A stretch of DNA of 64,000 nt from an uncultured Planctomycetota bacterium (GCA_963849325.1 CAWKHF010000005.1:128001-192000), one strand, 5' to 3'. Shown: positions 12,948-39,108, numbered from the stretch's first letter. Translations and numbers: made by a program. The notes: generated from the letters alone by a model not told the origin.

Positions 12948-12975
12948 GGCCCGCGAGCGGGTTCGCCCGCGGACC
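12948..12975 (-). promoter_or_regulatory. Array 3' hairpin element, copy C
   Basis: GGCCCGCGAGCG-GGTT-CGCCCGCGGACC; both substitutions are G-U pairs on the mRNA strand. Confidence 0.7.
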
Positions 12976-13080
12976 GAGGGTTACAGTAGGAGGCCGGCGA
13001 TGTCACGCGCCGCCTTCCGCTTTCGATGATGTCCGGCCGGCGAAGGGTTCGGATAACCCGTCGCTTGTGCTCCGGACTTG

Positions 13081-13142
13081 TCACTAGCCCGGAGCGCCAG
13101 CGACGGGTCGAAGAATCCCATCGCTGGCGCTGGGGCTAGTGA
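13081..13142. repeat. REP-like palindrome just downstream of array gene 6
   Basis: TCACTAGCCCGGAGCGCCAGCGACGGG...CCCATCGCTGGCGCTGGGGCTAGTGA. Confidence 0.75.
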
Positions 13143-13157
13143 GTTGGGAAACCGATT

Positions 13158-15692
<2,535 letters not shown>

Positions 15693-15745
15693 GGAGACCT
15701 CCACACTGAGAGAAACGGGATAGAAACACGATGTTGCGTCAAGGT

Positions 15746-15773
15746 GGCCCGCGGGCGAACCCGTCCGCGGGCT
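15746..15773 (-). promoter_or_regulatory. Array 3' hairpin element, copy D
   Basis: GGCCCGCGGGCG-AACC-CGTCCGCGGGCT; 28 nt from the duplicated TTA at 15802. Confidence 0.7.
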
Positions 15774-15804
15774 GAGGATTACTGTTAAGGGGCCAAGAGC
15801 CTTA

Positions 15805-15950
15805 GAATCTGTCCCCTAAGCTCTCCTCTCCCCCGCTTCGAGGGAGAGGGGTTGGGGGTGAGGGAGACAGAATCCCACGAAAAACCTAACCCTGCACCCC
15901 AACCCCTCTCCCCCGGAGTACAGGGGGAGAGGGGCTTATGGGACAGTCTC
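15805..15950. mobile_element. 146-bp MITE (IS5-like TIRs, TTA target duplication) inserted at the stop codon of array gene 5
   Basis: Left end GAATCTGTCCCCTAAG; reverse complement of right end GAGACTGTCCCATAAG; TTA at 15802-04 and 15951-53; absent from sister spacers; interior is a CCCCTCTCCCCC...GGGGAGAGGGG doublet also found at 35392-35510. Confidence 0.8.
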
Positions 15951-19121
<3,171 letters not shown>

Positions 19122-19175
19122 GCGAGACCTCCAAATGAAGAGAATCGGAATGGGAACGTGATGTTGCGTTGAGGT

Positions 19176-19203
19176 GGCCCGCGGGCGAAGCCGCCCGCGG
19201 GCC
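19176..19203 (-). promoter_or_regulatory. Array 3' hairpin element, copy E
   Basis: Perfect 12-bp stem, loop AAGC; 28 nt from the stop at 19232. Confidence 0.75.
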
Positions 19204-19231
19204 GAGGGTTACAGTAAGAGGGCCGACAGCA

Positions 19232-22474
<3,243 letters not shown>

Positions 22475-22528
22475 GCGAGACCTCCAAACTGAGGAAAACA
22501 GGATAGAAACACGTTACTGCGTCGAGGT

Positions 22529-22556
22529 GGCCCGCGGGCGGGTTCGCCCGCGGACC
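22529..22556 (-). promoter_or_regulatory. Array 3' hairpin element, copy F
   Basis: 12-bp stem with one mRNA-strand U-G pair; 28 nt from the stop at 22585. Confidence 0.75.
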
Positions 22557-22584
22557 AAGGGTTACAGTTCGAGGGCCGACGGCA

Positions 22585-25650
<3,066 letters not shown>

Positions 25651-25694
25651 GAGGCTCCTTCACCACTGAGCGAAACAGGATGCTGCGTCGAGGT

Positions 25695-25722
25695 GGCCCG
25701 CGGGCGGGTTTGCCCGCGGGCC
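25695..25722 (-). promoter_or_regulatory. Array 3' hairpin element, copy G
   Basis: GGCCCGCGGGCG-GGTT-TGCCCGCGGGCC; 28 nt from the stop at 25751. Confidence 0.75.
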
Positions 25723-25750
25723 GAGGGTTACCGTTCGAGGGCCGACGACG

Positions 25751-28953
<3,203 letters not shown>

Positions 28954-29293
28954 GAGACTCCTCCACATCCGAGGGAAACGAAAGGAGACCAGGGGGTCCG
29001 TCCCGCGCGAACGGGGAGACACTCCCCGCGCCGCCGTCAGGGCCGCAACCAGCTCTGTCAGCCCCACTTCTCCACCTCCCCATAAAGGGGAGAAGGGAGA
29101 GCGGATACATCCGTGTGGAGGAGGACGGAATCGAGCCGCTCCGTCCGGAGAACATCCTGTTCACTTCTCGATGTCGAAATGCACGCCGTTCCGAGGAACT
29201 CACGGACGGCGCCCGTTTCCTTCCTTCCTTGCCAGGAACGGAGAATGAACCGGGTGCCTGCCCCGCATCCTGCTCGGGCGGCGCGGAGATCCG

Positions 29294-29321
29294 GGTCCGC
29301 GGGCGAAATCGCCCGCGGACC
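29294..29321 (-). promoter_or_regulatory. Array 3' hairpin element, copy H
   Basis: GGTCCGCGGGCGA-AA-TCGCCCGCGGACC, with a compensatory T-A pair where other copies have C-G; 28 nt from the stop at 29350. Confidence 0.75.
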
Positions 29322-29349
29322 GAGGATTACAGTAAAGGTGCCAAGAGCG

Positions 29350-32300
29350 TTAGTGGGTGCCGTTGCCAACACCGACGTTGCTTCCGCCCCCGCCGGAACT
29401 GGTGCTCCCGCCGCTCGTGCTGGTGTTGTGCGCGAAGGCGTTGATGGCCAGTTCGATGCCGAACAGCTCGAAGAACGGTCCGAACGGTCCGGCCGCCGGT
29501 AGGTTGACGGCGATGTCGGCCTGCACGCCGGCCGCCCCGGTCTGATTGCCGGTCAGCAGGTCGAGCACGAGGCTGAAACCGTCGAAGACCAACTGCAACG
29601 CCGGATTGGCCGCCACCGTCGGAGTGGGCGTCGGTGTCGGTGTCGGCGTTGGAGTGGGCGTTGGAGTGGGCGTCGGCGTCGGCGTTGGAGTCGGCGTGGG
29701 CGTTGGGGTTGGCGTCGGCGTCGGTGTTGGGGTCGGCGTCGGCGTCGGAGTGGGCGTCGGTGTTGGAGTTGGAGTTGGAGTCGGCGTCGGTGTCGGCGTC
29801 GGCGTCGGCGTTGGGGTCGGCGTCGGCGTCGGTGTTGGGGTCGGCGTCGGCGTTGGGGTCGGCGTCGGCGTTGGGGTCGGCGTCGGAGTGGGCGTCGGTG
29901 TTGGAGTTGGGGTCGGCGTCGGCGTCGGTGTTGGGGTCGGCGTCGGTGTTGGAGTCGGTGTCGGAGTGGGCGTGGGCGTGGGCGTGGGCGTGGGCGTTGG
30001 AGTGGGACTGAACTCGGTGGCGCCGATGTCGATGGTGGCACTCTTGCCGCCGTTGATGACTCGCGGGAAGCCGGTGCCACGCTGATCGAACGGACCCGTC
30101 AGGGCCGTCGCCGCGTTGTCACCCGCATCGATGCCAGGGCTGCCGGACAGGAGCAGGATGGTCTGTGTCAGACCACCGTTGTTGCCCAGCGTGCCAATGC
30201 CCGCGGCCACGTTGAGGATATCGCCGTGGGCCGTGCTGAAGCCGAAGCTGCCGGTGGCATTGCCGATCAGGTCGTGGTCGCTGCTGTTGACCGAACCGAA
30301 GTAATCGGCGGCAGAGGCCGCGTTGTTCAGCGCCACCAGCGTGTTGGTGAGGATGACGTTGGCGTTGGCATTGTTGAAGACGCCGCCGCCCTGGCCGGCC
30401 ACGGCCCCGCCGGCGGTGCCCGGCGTGCCCGGTGTGCCACCCACTCCCGGAGGCGCGCCGGCGTCGCCGCCGTTGCCGCCGAAGCCTTGGAGCGCCGCGT
30501 TGTAAGCGACGGTGACGTTGGTCAAGGTGACACCGCCGGTTCCGGGCGTGACCAGCACGAAGAGGCCGCCGCCCTTGACGGCGCCGCTGTTGCCGCCGTT
30601 GCCGCCGTTGCCGGCGGTGCTGGCGGTGGCCGAGCCACCCGTGCCGCCGTTGCCGCCGTTGCCGGCGGTGGCCGTGTTGGTGGACACGGTCGAGTTGGTC
30701 AGTTGCGTCTGACCCGAGCCGAACAGGAACGTGCCGGCACCCTCGGCGGAGCCGCCGATGCCGCCGCCGCCGCCCTTGCCACCGGCCTTGCCGTTGCCGC
30801 CGTTGCCGCCCGTGCCGCCGGCCCCGCCGGTGACGGAGTTGCCCGACAACGTCGAATCGAAGATCTTACTCGCCTGGCCGGTGCCGCTGTTGGTGACGAA
30901 GACGCCGCCGCCGTGGGCAAAGCCGCCCGCGCCGCCGACGCTACCGCCGCTGCCCAGGCCGGCCGCGGCCGTGGCCCCCGCACCGCCGTTGCCGCCGGCG
31001 CCGCCGGTGACGCTGTTGCCCGTGACGGACGTGTTCGTGATGGCGAACGACGAAGGCGTGCCGCCGACCGGGAAATAGTCGATGCCGCCGGCGAAGGTGT
31101 CGCCGCCGTCGCCGCCGGTGCCGCCCAGAGCGCCGGCCGTGTTGCTGGCGCCGCCGACGCCGCCGGCACCGCCGACGACCATGTTGCCCTGGACGGTAGA
31201 ACTGCCGAGCGTGAACTTTACCGTGCCGAAACCGTTGATGGCGATGCCGCCGGTGTCGCCCGTGCCGCCGGTGCCGCCGCCGCCGCCCGTGGTAATCAGC
31301 GTGCCGCCGGTGCCGCCAGCACCGCCGGCGCCGCCGGCGCCGCCCGTGGCCGAGTTCGTGTCCACCTGGGTGCCGGAGGTCACGTTGACGGTGAGCGTGT
31401 CTCCGCCTTTGGCCAAGGCATTGATGCCGGCGCCGAGCACGCCGCCGCCGTGGCCGCCGCTGCCGCCCGTCGAGCCGCCGCCACTCAGTCCGTTGCCTCC
31501 CGCTCCGCCGGCCCCGCCGATGACGAAGTTGCTCGACACCACGGTGGCGTTGCTGGTCGAGGTGGACGTGCCGACGGTCACGGTGCCGCCGCCGGTAATG
31601 AACACGCCACCGCCATGTGCCGAACCGCCGGTGCCGCCGCCGCCGCCGGACTTGCCGGCCGCCGTCGCCGCGAAGCCCTGTCCGGCCAGGCCGCCCTGGG
31701 CCGTGTTCCCTGTCAGCGTCACGCCGGTCAGGCTCAGCGACATGGTGGCGCTGCTGATCCACAGACCGCCGCCGTTGGCCGTCCCGCCGGCCTGACCCGT
31801 CGTACTGGTCTTGGTGCCGTTGGCGCCATTGCCGCCGATGGCCTTGTTGCCGGTAATCGAGCTGGCGTCCAGGGTCTGCGGATTGCTGGTGCCGACGATG
31901 AAGACGCCGCCGCCCTCGGCACTGCCGGCCAGCGCCCCGCCGGAGACACCGTTGCCGCCGACAGCCTGGTTGTTGCTAATGACCGTGCCGTTGACGACGG
32001 TCAACTGGCCGCCGGAGACGAACACGCCGCCGCCCTTGGCCGCCAAGCCGGCGTTGCCCAGAGCCTTGTTGTTCTGCACAACCACGTTGCTCAGCGTGAC
32101 GTTGCCGCCCAGATCGAGGATGGCGCCGCCCTCGGCCGTCGTGTTCACCAACACGCCGTTGTCATGGGCCGTGCCGTGCTGGATGGTCAACGCCTCGAAC
32201 GCCACGTTGGTCCCCGCGCCGAGGTTAAAAGCGCGGTTGTTGGCTCCCGCGGCATCAAGAATGACATCGGACGCCTTGCCGCTGGCGCCCTCGATAATCA

Positions 32301-32568
32301 AGGTGTGCGGCGTCGTCACCGACAACTGATTGGACAGGTTGTAGGTGCCCGTTGACAGGACGATGGTGTTGGTCGCATCCGAGGCCGGAGCGTTGACGGC
32401 GTTGATGGCCTGCTGGAGTTGGGTAGCGTTGCTAACGTCGAAGACCGCCGGCGCCAGACGCTCCTCCAGCGATTCCAGGAGCGGACGCACGCCGCGGCGC
32501 TTCTTAAGTCGCTGCGGCCGGCGCTTGCCCTGGCCCGCGAACTTGCGAAGCCATTCGTTGTGAAACAT
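29350..32568 (-). CDS. Gly-rich exported array protein 1 (~65 PT units)
   Basis: Intact ORF; start chosen at [10 protein letters not shown] after TGGAGG. Confidence 0.92.
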   Translation of the reverse strand: MFHNEWLRKFAGQGKRRPQRLKKRRGVRPLLESLEERLAPAVFDVSNATQLQQAINAVNAPASDATNTIVLSTGTYNLSNQLSVTTPHTLIIEGASGKASDVILDAAGANNRAFNLGAGTNVAFEALTIQHGTAHDNGVLVNTTAEGGAILDLGGNVTLSNVVVQNNKALGNAGLAAKGGGVFVSGGQLTVVNGTVISNNQAVGGNGVSGGALAGSAEGGGVFIVGTSNPQTLDASSITGNKAIGGNGANGTKTSTTGQAGGTANGGGLWISSATMSLSLTGVTLTGNTAQGGLAGQGFAATAAGKSGGGGGTGGSAHGGGVFITGGGTVTVGTSTSTSNATVVSSNFVIGGAGGAGGNGLSGGGSTGGSGGHGGGVLGAGINALAKGGDTLTVNVTSGTQVDTNSATGGAGGAGGAGGTGGTLITTGGGGGTGGTGDTGGIAINGFGTVKFTLGSSTVQGNMVVGGAGGVGGASNTAGALGGTGGDGGDTFAGGIDYFPVGGTPSSFAITNTSVTGNSVTGGAGGNGGAGATAAAGLGSGGSVGGAGGFAHGGGVFVTNSGTGQASKIFDSTLSGNSVTGGAGGTGGNGGNGKAGGKGGGGGIGGSAEGAGTFLFGSGQTQLTNSTVSTNTATAGNGGNGGTGGSATASTAGNGGNGGNSGAVKGGGLFVLVTPGTGGVTLTNVTVAYNAALQGFGGNGGDAGAPPGVGGTPGTPGTAGGAVAGQGGGVFNNANANVILTNTLVALNNAASAADYFGSVNSSDHDLIGNATGSFGFSTAHGDILNVAAGIGTLGNNGGLTQTILLLSGSPGIDAGDNAATALTGPFDQRGTGFPRVINGGKSATIDIGATEFSPTPTPTPTPTPTPTPTPTPTPTPTPTPTPTPTPTPTPTPTPTPTPTPTPTPTPTPTPTPTPTPTPTPTPTPTPTPTPTPTPTPTPTPTPTPTPTPTPTPTPTPTPTPTPTPTPTPTPTPTPTPTPTPTPTVAANPALQLVFDGFSLVLDLLTGNQTGAAGVQADIAVNLPAAGPFGPFFELFGIELAINAFAHNTSTSGGSTSSGGGGSNVGVGNGTH

Positions 32569-32702
32569 GCGATTCCTCCACATTGAAGGGAACGAAGGAA
32601 GACACAGAGTACGTTGCACGGCGCGGGAAGGCGATCCCGCGCATCGCTTTTGTCCACGCCGCTTGCTGCCCGCTAAGCCGCAAGCGGCCTGATAATCAAC
32701 TC

Positions 32703-34950
32703 TCAGACCGGCACGCCCACATCCGCCGGCATCTCGTCGCCGGAACTGCTGGGGGTCGGAACGGACGCCAACCCCGGCAGCCGAGCGAACAAGGGCTGCA
32801 AGGCCGCTTCATAGTTGCGCCAGCGGTCGAGAGAGCGGCGATAAATGGGTTGCCGCACCTGCAAAAGGCTGGCGGTGCGAACCGGCCTCTCGGTGCGGTG
32901 GAACTCCAGGCAGGCCGGCTCCCACTCCAGGCCGCAGAAGGCGACGACGCGGCGGGCCACGCCTTCCAGGTCGTTGACCATGTCTTCGTAATCGACGGCC
33001 AGCACCGGCTGAGGCAGGGCGCGGCGCCAGTGCTCCATGACGCGCTGATACTGGCTGAAGCGCGACAGGATTTCCTCGAAATCGTTGGCCCAGGGAATGC
33101 GGCGGAACTGCGTCATCCAGCACGACACGGCCACGTCGCGCAGATCGCGGCGGCAGTCGATGAAGCGCCGCGCGGGAACAGGGCCGCCATCATACCGACA
33201 TAGAGGTAGTTGTCGGGCATCTTGTCCGTGACGCGCACGGCCGAGCCGTTCATGGCTTGCAGCTGGTCCAGGTGGTTGTGGGCCAGGCGTCGCAAGGCGT
33301 CGGCGTCGATGGCGGTCAGGATGTCAAAGGAGCGATTTTCGCAAGAGACGTCTTCGCCGCCGCCCAGCGCCGTGAAGTCTTCGCGGGCCAGGCGCAGCTC
33401 GCCGGCGCCGAAGACCTGCGAATGGCTGGCGAGAATCTGTTCGAGCAGCGTCGTGCCGGAGCGCGGCAGGCCGACGATGAAGACCGGCCGCTCGCTGTCC
33501 ACGCCCCAACCGCGCACGCGCTCGAACCACTCCGGGGTGAAGGTGGTCAGCAAGCGATCGACGAAGCCGACGTGGACGGCGGCGTTGTACGCTTCGCCGC
33601 GGAAACGCCGGACCTCGCGCTCGAGGCTGTTGGCCACCTGCAGGCGACGGGCCGCCTCGCCGTACTCGCGGCGAGCGTCGTGGACCTGGGCCAGCCCGAA
33701 GAGCAGACAGGCGCGGTCGGAATCGGCCACGCTGGCGTCGTCGGCCAACTGGCGCAGGGCGTCGAATTCGTCCTCGGGCAGCTTGTCGCGCAGCATGGTG
33801 GCGAGCCGGCCCAGGGCGACGCTATGCCGTGGATCGCAGCGGCGAGCGGCCCGGAACGTGGCCACCGCTTCTTCCTGCCGGTTCAATTCCAACTCGACTT
33901 CGCCCAGCGCCGCATGGATGTTGGGGTCGTTCGGCCGCAGCTGCAGCGCAGCCAGGTAGGTCGCACGGGACTCGTCCAGCCGGTTCTGTTCGTAGCGCAG
34001 GTTGCCCAGGCCGACGTAGGCTTCGACATAGCGCGGGTCGAGCTGCAAGGCGTTTTGGAAGTGATTTTCCGCCGTGACGTGGTCGCGCAGCTCGACCAGC
34101 GTGCAGGCGAGGTTGGTGTGGAACTGCGCCGAGTTCGGCTCCAGCCGCAATGCCTGGCGAAACCAGTTGGCGGCTTCCTCGGCCTTGCCCTCGTCGAGCA
34201 GGACCTGGCCGATGTTGTTGGATACCATGGGCACGTTCGGCGCCAGCCGTAGCGCCTCGACGTAGTGGGCCTTGGCCTGGTCGCGCTGGCCGAGGCGGCG
34301 CAGGACGTTGCCGAGGTTGTTCAAGGCCGGCGCGCTGCCGGGCTGGAGTCGGACGGCCTCGCGGCAATGGTGCAGGGCTTGTTGCGGCCGATCGCAGTCC
34401 AGCAACATCTGGCCGAGGTTGCCGTGAGCGAAGCCCAGCTGCGGGTTCACTTCCACGGCGCGACGGAAGTGAGCGATGGCCTGGTCGGCGTTGCCCAGGA
34501 CGCGGTGGGCGTTGCCGAGGTTGTTGTGGGCCACGGCGAAGTCCGGCCGATACGCGATGGCCTGCTCGAAGGCCCGCACCGCCTCGGTGGGCCGGCTCGT
34601 CTGCATCAGCAGCGTTCCCAGGCTGTTGGCCGCCTCGGGGTAGGCCGGCTGCAAGCGCAGGGCCAACTGGCAGCAAGCGATGGCCCGGTCGATCTGGCCG
34701 CACGCGCGGTACGCTTCGGCGAGGTTGCCGTGGTAGGGCGCCTGGCTTGGCTCCCGAGCGATGGCGCGCTCGATGAATTCGACGGCCTGTTGCGGTTGGC
34801 CGCCCTGCAGGGCCAGCACGCCCAGCAAGTGCAGGGCGTCCGTTTGTTCGGGTTGGACAGCGAGAACGTCGCGGTACAAGCATCGGCCTGAGCCAGTTCA
34901 CCGCGTTGATGATGGGACAACGCCGTCGCCAGCAAAGTTGCAATGTCCAT
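32703..34950 (-). CDS. TPR-repeat sulfotransferase (Sulfotransfer_3 / TPST-like); frameshifts near 34880 and 33165
   Basis: About 10 TPRs, 5'-PSB motif [29 protein letters not shown], then VAVSCW...VDYEDMV...[13 protein letters not shown] in the next frame; collinear with the paralog at 35508. Confidence 0.9.
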
Positions 34951-35186
34951 GAGATGTCAAGGTGCCTTCTCTGTTGATCCGTCCAAGGACGCCGATGGGC
35001 CTCGCGGTACGGACGACGGACGCAAGACGCAATCCGCGGCGATGAGCGGACGGGCCTCTGATGCGAATCCCGTTGGTTGACGTGGAGATCACTCGGACCG
35101 GGACGTCTGATCGGACTGCGCCGTCCATCAGGGCAGGACCGGGCGAACGCGATCATCCCGAACCCGTCGAGGAAGTCCAGGGGCAG

Positions 35187-35215
35187 AGTTTAGCTTCCCT
35201 TGGTCCCCCTGTCAA
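35187..35215 (-). promoter_or_regulatory. Sigma70-type promoter TTGACA-N17-TAAACT
   Basis: -35 at 35215-35210, -10 at 35192-35187, exact 17-nt spacer, AT-rich upstream tract in high-GC surroundings. Confidence 0.75.
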
Positions 35216-35252
35216 CCTATTTTCCTCAATTTTCACGTTTCATTGCGATTAC

Positions 35253-35283
35253 AATCAACAATATCTTCATAATCAACAATATC
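35253..35283. promoter_or_regulatory. 13-bp direct repeat AATCAACAATATC x2 (18-bp period), candidate regulator site
   Basis: Copies at 35253-35265 and 35271-35283, upstream of the promoter. Confidence 0.45.
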
Positions 35284-35391
35284 GATATGTGAATGGGGTA
35301 ATGGAGGATTATCCCGTGAATTGTAGGGAAATCACCACTCGTTTCGCCGCCACGCGCAGCTGCCGCGCGTCGCGGCTAAGTGTCCGTCCGG

Positions 35392-35510
35392 TAAGCCCCT
35401 CTCCCCCGCTTCGGGGGAGAGGGGTTGGGGTGAGGGGGTAGGTTTGTCGCGGCTTTTCCTCCCCCTCACCCCCTACCCCTCTCCCCCGAAGCGGGGGAGA
35501 GGGGGGCTTA
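35392..35510. repeat. REP-like doublet (CCCCTCTCCCCCGCTTCGGGGGAGAGGGG family)
   Basis: Two inverted hairpin units; same family as the interior of the 15805 MITE. Confidence 0.75.
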
Positions 35511-37676
35511 ATTGCAGTTGACGGAAGAGGGCGCTAGGGCCGGTTCGTAGTGCCGCCAGCGCACGACGGAGCGCGTGTAGACGGGCTGTCGGACCTGGGT
35601 GACGCTGGCGGTGCGGACGGGGCGCTGCGTGCGATAAAACTGCAAGCAGGCCGGCTCCCATTCCAGGCCGCACCACGCCACCAGCCGCCGAGCCACGCCC
35701 TCCAAGTCGCGCACCGTGTCTTCGTAAGAGACCTCCAGCACCGGCGCCGGCAGCACCCGCGCCCAGTGCGCCATGATGCGGCGGTAGTCGCGGAAGCGGG
35801 CGGCGATGTGATCGATGTCGTTGGCCCAGGGGACCTGACGGAAGTGCGTCATCCAGCACGACACGGCCACATCGCGGAGGTCACGGCGGCAGTGAATGAA
35901 GCGCACGCGCGGAAACAAGACGTGTAAGAGACCCAAATACATGTAATTGTCCGGCATCTTGTCCGTCACCCGCGCGGCCGTGGCGTTCAACCGCCCCAGC
36001 CGGTCGAGGTGGCGCGCGGCCAACCGCCGCACGTCGTCGCGGTCGAGGCGCTGGAGGGCGGCGAAGCACGCGGGTTCGTCGCCGCCGGGTTGCAGCGCCT
36101 CGAAGTCCTCGCGGCCCAGGCGCAGCTCGCCGGCGCCGAAGACCTGCGAATGGCTGGCGAGAACCTGTTCGAGCAGAGTCGTGCCGGAGCGCGGCAGACC
36201 GACGAGGAAGACCGGCCGCTCGCTATCAAGGCCCCAGCCGTCCACGCGCCGAAAGAACTCCGGCGCGAACGCCGACAACAGTTGATCGACGAAGCGTGTG
36301 TGGACCGCCGGATCCCAGCCCTGGCCGCGCTGCGCCCGCCAGGCACGTTCCAGCGCATGGGCCTGGCGGAGACATTCGCCGGCCTGCTCGTAGGCGCCGC
36401 GGGCATCGTGGACGTGAGCCAGGCCGAACAACAGGGCGGCCCGCTTGCCGTCGGACAGTAAGGGTTCGGCGGCCAGCTGTTGCATCGCCTGCCATTGCGG
36501 CTCCGGCATCCGGTCGCGCAGCAGGGTCGCCAGCTGTTCGTAGGCCGCCGTGTTCCGCGGGTCGTGCTGGATGGCCTGGCGCAGATGAGACTCGGCGGCG
36601 GGCAGATCGTTCAGCTCTTGCATCAGCTGGCCGAGGTTGCCGTGAGCGAGGGCCAGGTCCGGCTTCAACCGCAGTGCCTCGCGGTAGTGGGCGCGGGCCT
36701 CGTCGAAGCGGCCGCGCTCGTGCTCGACCCAACCCAGGCCGGCGTGGGCCTCGGCGCAACCGGGATGCAGACGCAGCGCCGTGCCGTAGCAGGCGACGGC
36801 CTCGTCGATCGCACCCTTCTCGCGCAGCGCGCCGCCTCGGTTGACGTGAAAGCGCGCGGTATTCGGTTCCAGGTTGATGGCCTGTTGATACCAGCGCAGG
36901 GCGTCGTCGAGAGCGCCCTCTTCCTCCAGGACCTGGCCGATGTTGTTGTGGAGCATGGCCAGGTTGGGTTCCAGGCGCAGCGCCTCGGCGTAACGGGCCT
37001 TGGCCTCGCCGAGTCGGCCCAGCTCGCGCAGCACGTTGCCGAGGTTGTTGCGGGCCGGGGCGGAGTTCGGTTGCAAGCGGACGGCGGCCTGGCAGTGCTC
37101 CAGCGCCTCGGCGAAGCGCTTTCGCTCCAGCAACATCTGTCCCAGGTTGCTTCGTGCCATCGGCAGGTCCGGGTCCAGCTCGACGGCGCGGTGGAAGTGC
37201 GTCAGCGCTTGCGGGACGTCGCCCAGCAGACGGTACGCATTACCGAGGTTATTGTGGGCCAGCGCGAAATCGGGCCGCAGACGCAGGGCGGCCTGGAGCG
37301 GCTCGACGGCGTCGGCGGGCCGGCCCTGGTCCATCCTCACCAGGCCGAGACTGTTGTGCGCCGCCGCGTAATCCGGCCGCAGTTGCAGGGCCACGCGGCA
37401 GCAGTTGGCGGCCAACTCGAACTCGCGGACGGCCCGGTACGCCTCGGCCAGGTTGGCGTGGAAGGCCGCCACGCTCGGCGAAACGCGGACGGCCCGGTCG
37501 ATCCACTCGATGGCGCTGCGTGCGTCGCCGCGCTGGAGGAATACCAGGCCCAGCAGGTGAAGCGCGTCGGCATGATCGGGCTGGGCCGCGAGGATTTCGC
37601 GGTACAGGCGCTCCGCCTGGTCCAGATCGCCGCGCCGATGATGGGCCAAGGCCGTCGCCAGAGGGGCCGATTCCAT
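35508..37676 (-). CDS. TPR-repeat sulfotransferase (Sulfotransfer_3 / TPST-like)
   Basis: 722 aa: TPR array, [53 protein letters not shown]. The last codons may be shifted by one missing C. Confidence 0.93.
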   Translation of the reverse strand: MESAPLATALAHHRRGDLDQAERLYREILAAQPDHADALHLLGLVFLQRGDARSAIEWIDRAVRVSPSVAAFHANLAEAYRAVREFELAANCCRVALQLRPDYAAAHNSLGLVRMDQGRPADAVEPLQAALRLRPDFALAHNNLGNAYRLLGDVPQALTHFHRAVELDPDLPMARSNLGQMLLERKRFAEALEHCQAAVRLQPNSAPARNNLGNVLRELGRLGEAKARYAEALRLEPNLAMLHNNIGQVLEEEGALDDALRWYQQAINLEPNTARFHVNRGGALREKGAIDEAVACYGTALRLHPGCAEAHAGLGWVEHERGRFDEARAHYREALRLKPDLALAHGNLGQLMQELNDLPAAESHLRQAIQHDPRNTAAYEQLATLLRDRMPEPQWQAMQQLAAEPLLSDGKRAALLFGLAHVHDARGAYEQAGECLRQAHALERAWRAQRGQGWDPAVHTRFVDQLLSAFAPEFFRRVDGWGLDSERPVFLVGLPRSGTTLLEQVLASHSQVFGAGELRLGREDFEALQPGGDEPACFAALQRLDRDDVRRLAARHLDRLGRLNATAARVTDKMPDNYMYLGLLHVLFPRVRFIHCRRDLRDVAVSCWMTHFRQVPWANDIDHIAARFRDYRRIMAHWARVLPAPVLEVSYEDTVRDLEGVARRLVAWCGLEWEPACLQFYRTQRPVRTASVTQVRQPVYTRSVVRWRHYEPALAPSSVNCN

Positions 37677-37911
37677 GATGCGTGTTCCCGTCGATCGGGT
37701 GTCGATCGCTACCCGTCAATTATTCCAGCCGGGAGACATTTCACAAACATAGCGGATGAAAAATCCATTGAAGCCGTGCCCCCAAGTGCGTACACTCAGT
37801 CAATTATCCACGAACGCGATCGCGGGGAAGCTCCGTCGAAGGAGACGGAAGACCATCGCCGCCGCGAGACGGTTCGATCCGAACGGGGAACAGCCAGAAA
37901 GAGAGCCTCGT

Positions 37912-39039
37912 ATGTCCAACTGGAACCAGGGAGACTTCATCTTCGCCAACGTCGCCGGCCTCGGCACCGCTCCCAACAGCCGGCCGGTGACGCCCGATTG
38001 GCGGCGCTGGATCGCCGAGAACGTACTGCTCAACCGCGACCGTCAGATGCTCATCGACGCCATGATGCGCAACGGCTTCGACCGCGGCACGGTCCTGCAG
38101 GAGCTGGCGCCGCCGAGACGCATCCGTACATTGAGGCGGCGCTCGGCCGCGTCCATCCTGACGGCGGCGCCGGCCCCGGCCGCGCCTGCCGCGCCCGCCG
38201 CCGTCGAGAACAAGATCAAGAAGCGCGATTGGATCCTGGAGATCTATCGCCGTTCGGCCCGCCAGGCCAGCACCTTCGGCGCGGTGCCGCGCGTCCGCCG
38301 GCCGTCGCGCCAGGAGTTCCTCGATCAATTTTATTCGCGCAACCAACCGTGCATCATCGAAGGCGCCACCGACGATTGGCCGGCCCGCACGCGCTGGACG
38401 CCCGAATACTTCAAACAGCGTCTCGGCGACCGCCTCGTCGAGGTCCAGGCCAACCGCAACTCCGACCCCAATTACGAGATCAACTCGACCAAGTTCAAGA
38501 AAGAGATGCGCTTCGGCGACTTCGTGGACGTGGTCGAGTCCGCCGGCGAGACCAACGATTGGTACATCACGGCCAACAACGACGGCAAGAACAAGGAGAA
38601 CCTCAAGGAACTGTGGGAAGACGTCATCCAGGTGCCCGAGTACCTGCGCGACGACGATCCCAAGGGCAAGGGCTTCTTCTGGTACGGCCCGGCCGGCACG
38701 GTGACGCCGCTGCACCACGACCTGACCAACAACTTCATGGCCATGGTTCGCGGCCGCAAGCTCATTCGTCTAATCGCTCCTTATGAGATGGCCGATGTCT
38801 ACAATCATCGCCACTGCTTCTCGCAGGTGGACCTCGACCACATCGATTACGACAAGTTCCCGCAGTTCCGCAACGTCAAGGTGATCAACGTGGTCATCAA
38901 TCCCGGCGACCTGTTCTTCCTGCCGGTCGGTTGGTGGCACTACGTCCGCGGCCTGGACATCACCGTGACGATGACGTTCACCAACTTCGTCTTCGAGAAC
39001 GATTTTTACGCACAGTACACGACCTACGGCGAGATTTAA
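37912..39039 (+). CDS. JmjC / cupin_8 Fe(II)-2-oxoglutarate hydroxylase with a helical N-terminal extension
   Basis: NQPCII...DWPA...WT..YF, TPLHHD (HxD), GRKLIRL, FSQVD, PGDLFFLPVGWWHYV (third His). Possible compensating indels at ~38108-38155. Confidence 0.9.
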   Translation: MSNWNQGDFIFANVAGLGTAPNSRPVTPDWRRWIAENVLLNRDRQMLIDAMMRNGFDRGTVLQELAPPRRIRTLRRRSAASILTAAPAPAAPAAPAAVENKIKKRDWILEIYRRSARQASTFGAVPRVRRPSRQEFLDQFYSRNQPCIIEGATDDWPARTRWTPEYFKQRLGDRLVEVQANRNSDPNYEINSTKFKKEMRFGDFVDVVESAGETNDWYITANNDGKNKENLKELWEDVIQVPEYLRDDDPKGKGFFWYGPAGTVTPLHHDLTNNFMAMVRGRKLIRLIAPYEMADVYNHRHCFSQVDLDHIDYDKFPQFRNVKVINVVINPGDLFFLPVGWWHYVRGLDITVTMTFTNFVFENDFYAQYTTYGEI

Positions 39040-39046
39040 CGGAACG

Positions 39047-39108
39047 AACCGAGCCGCGACCGTCAGGGAGCGGGGCTTTCTCCGCTCCCTGATGGTCGCG
39101 GCTCGGTT
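39047..39108. repeat. REP-like palindrome / possible terminator after the JmjC gene
   Basis: AACCGAGCCGCGACCGTCAGGGAGCGG...CCGCTCCCTGATGGTCGCGGCTCGGTT. Confidence 0.75.

Noticed and set aside
37730-37747. Rex operator between the sulfotransferase and JmjC genes
   Set aside because: Only one half-site (TTCACAA) of TTGTGAA-N4-TTCACAA is present.
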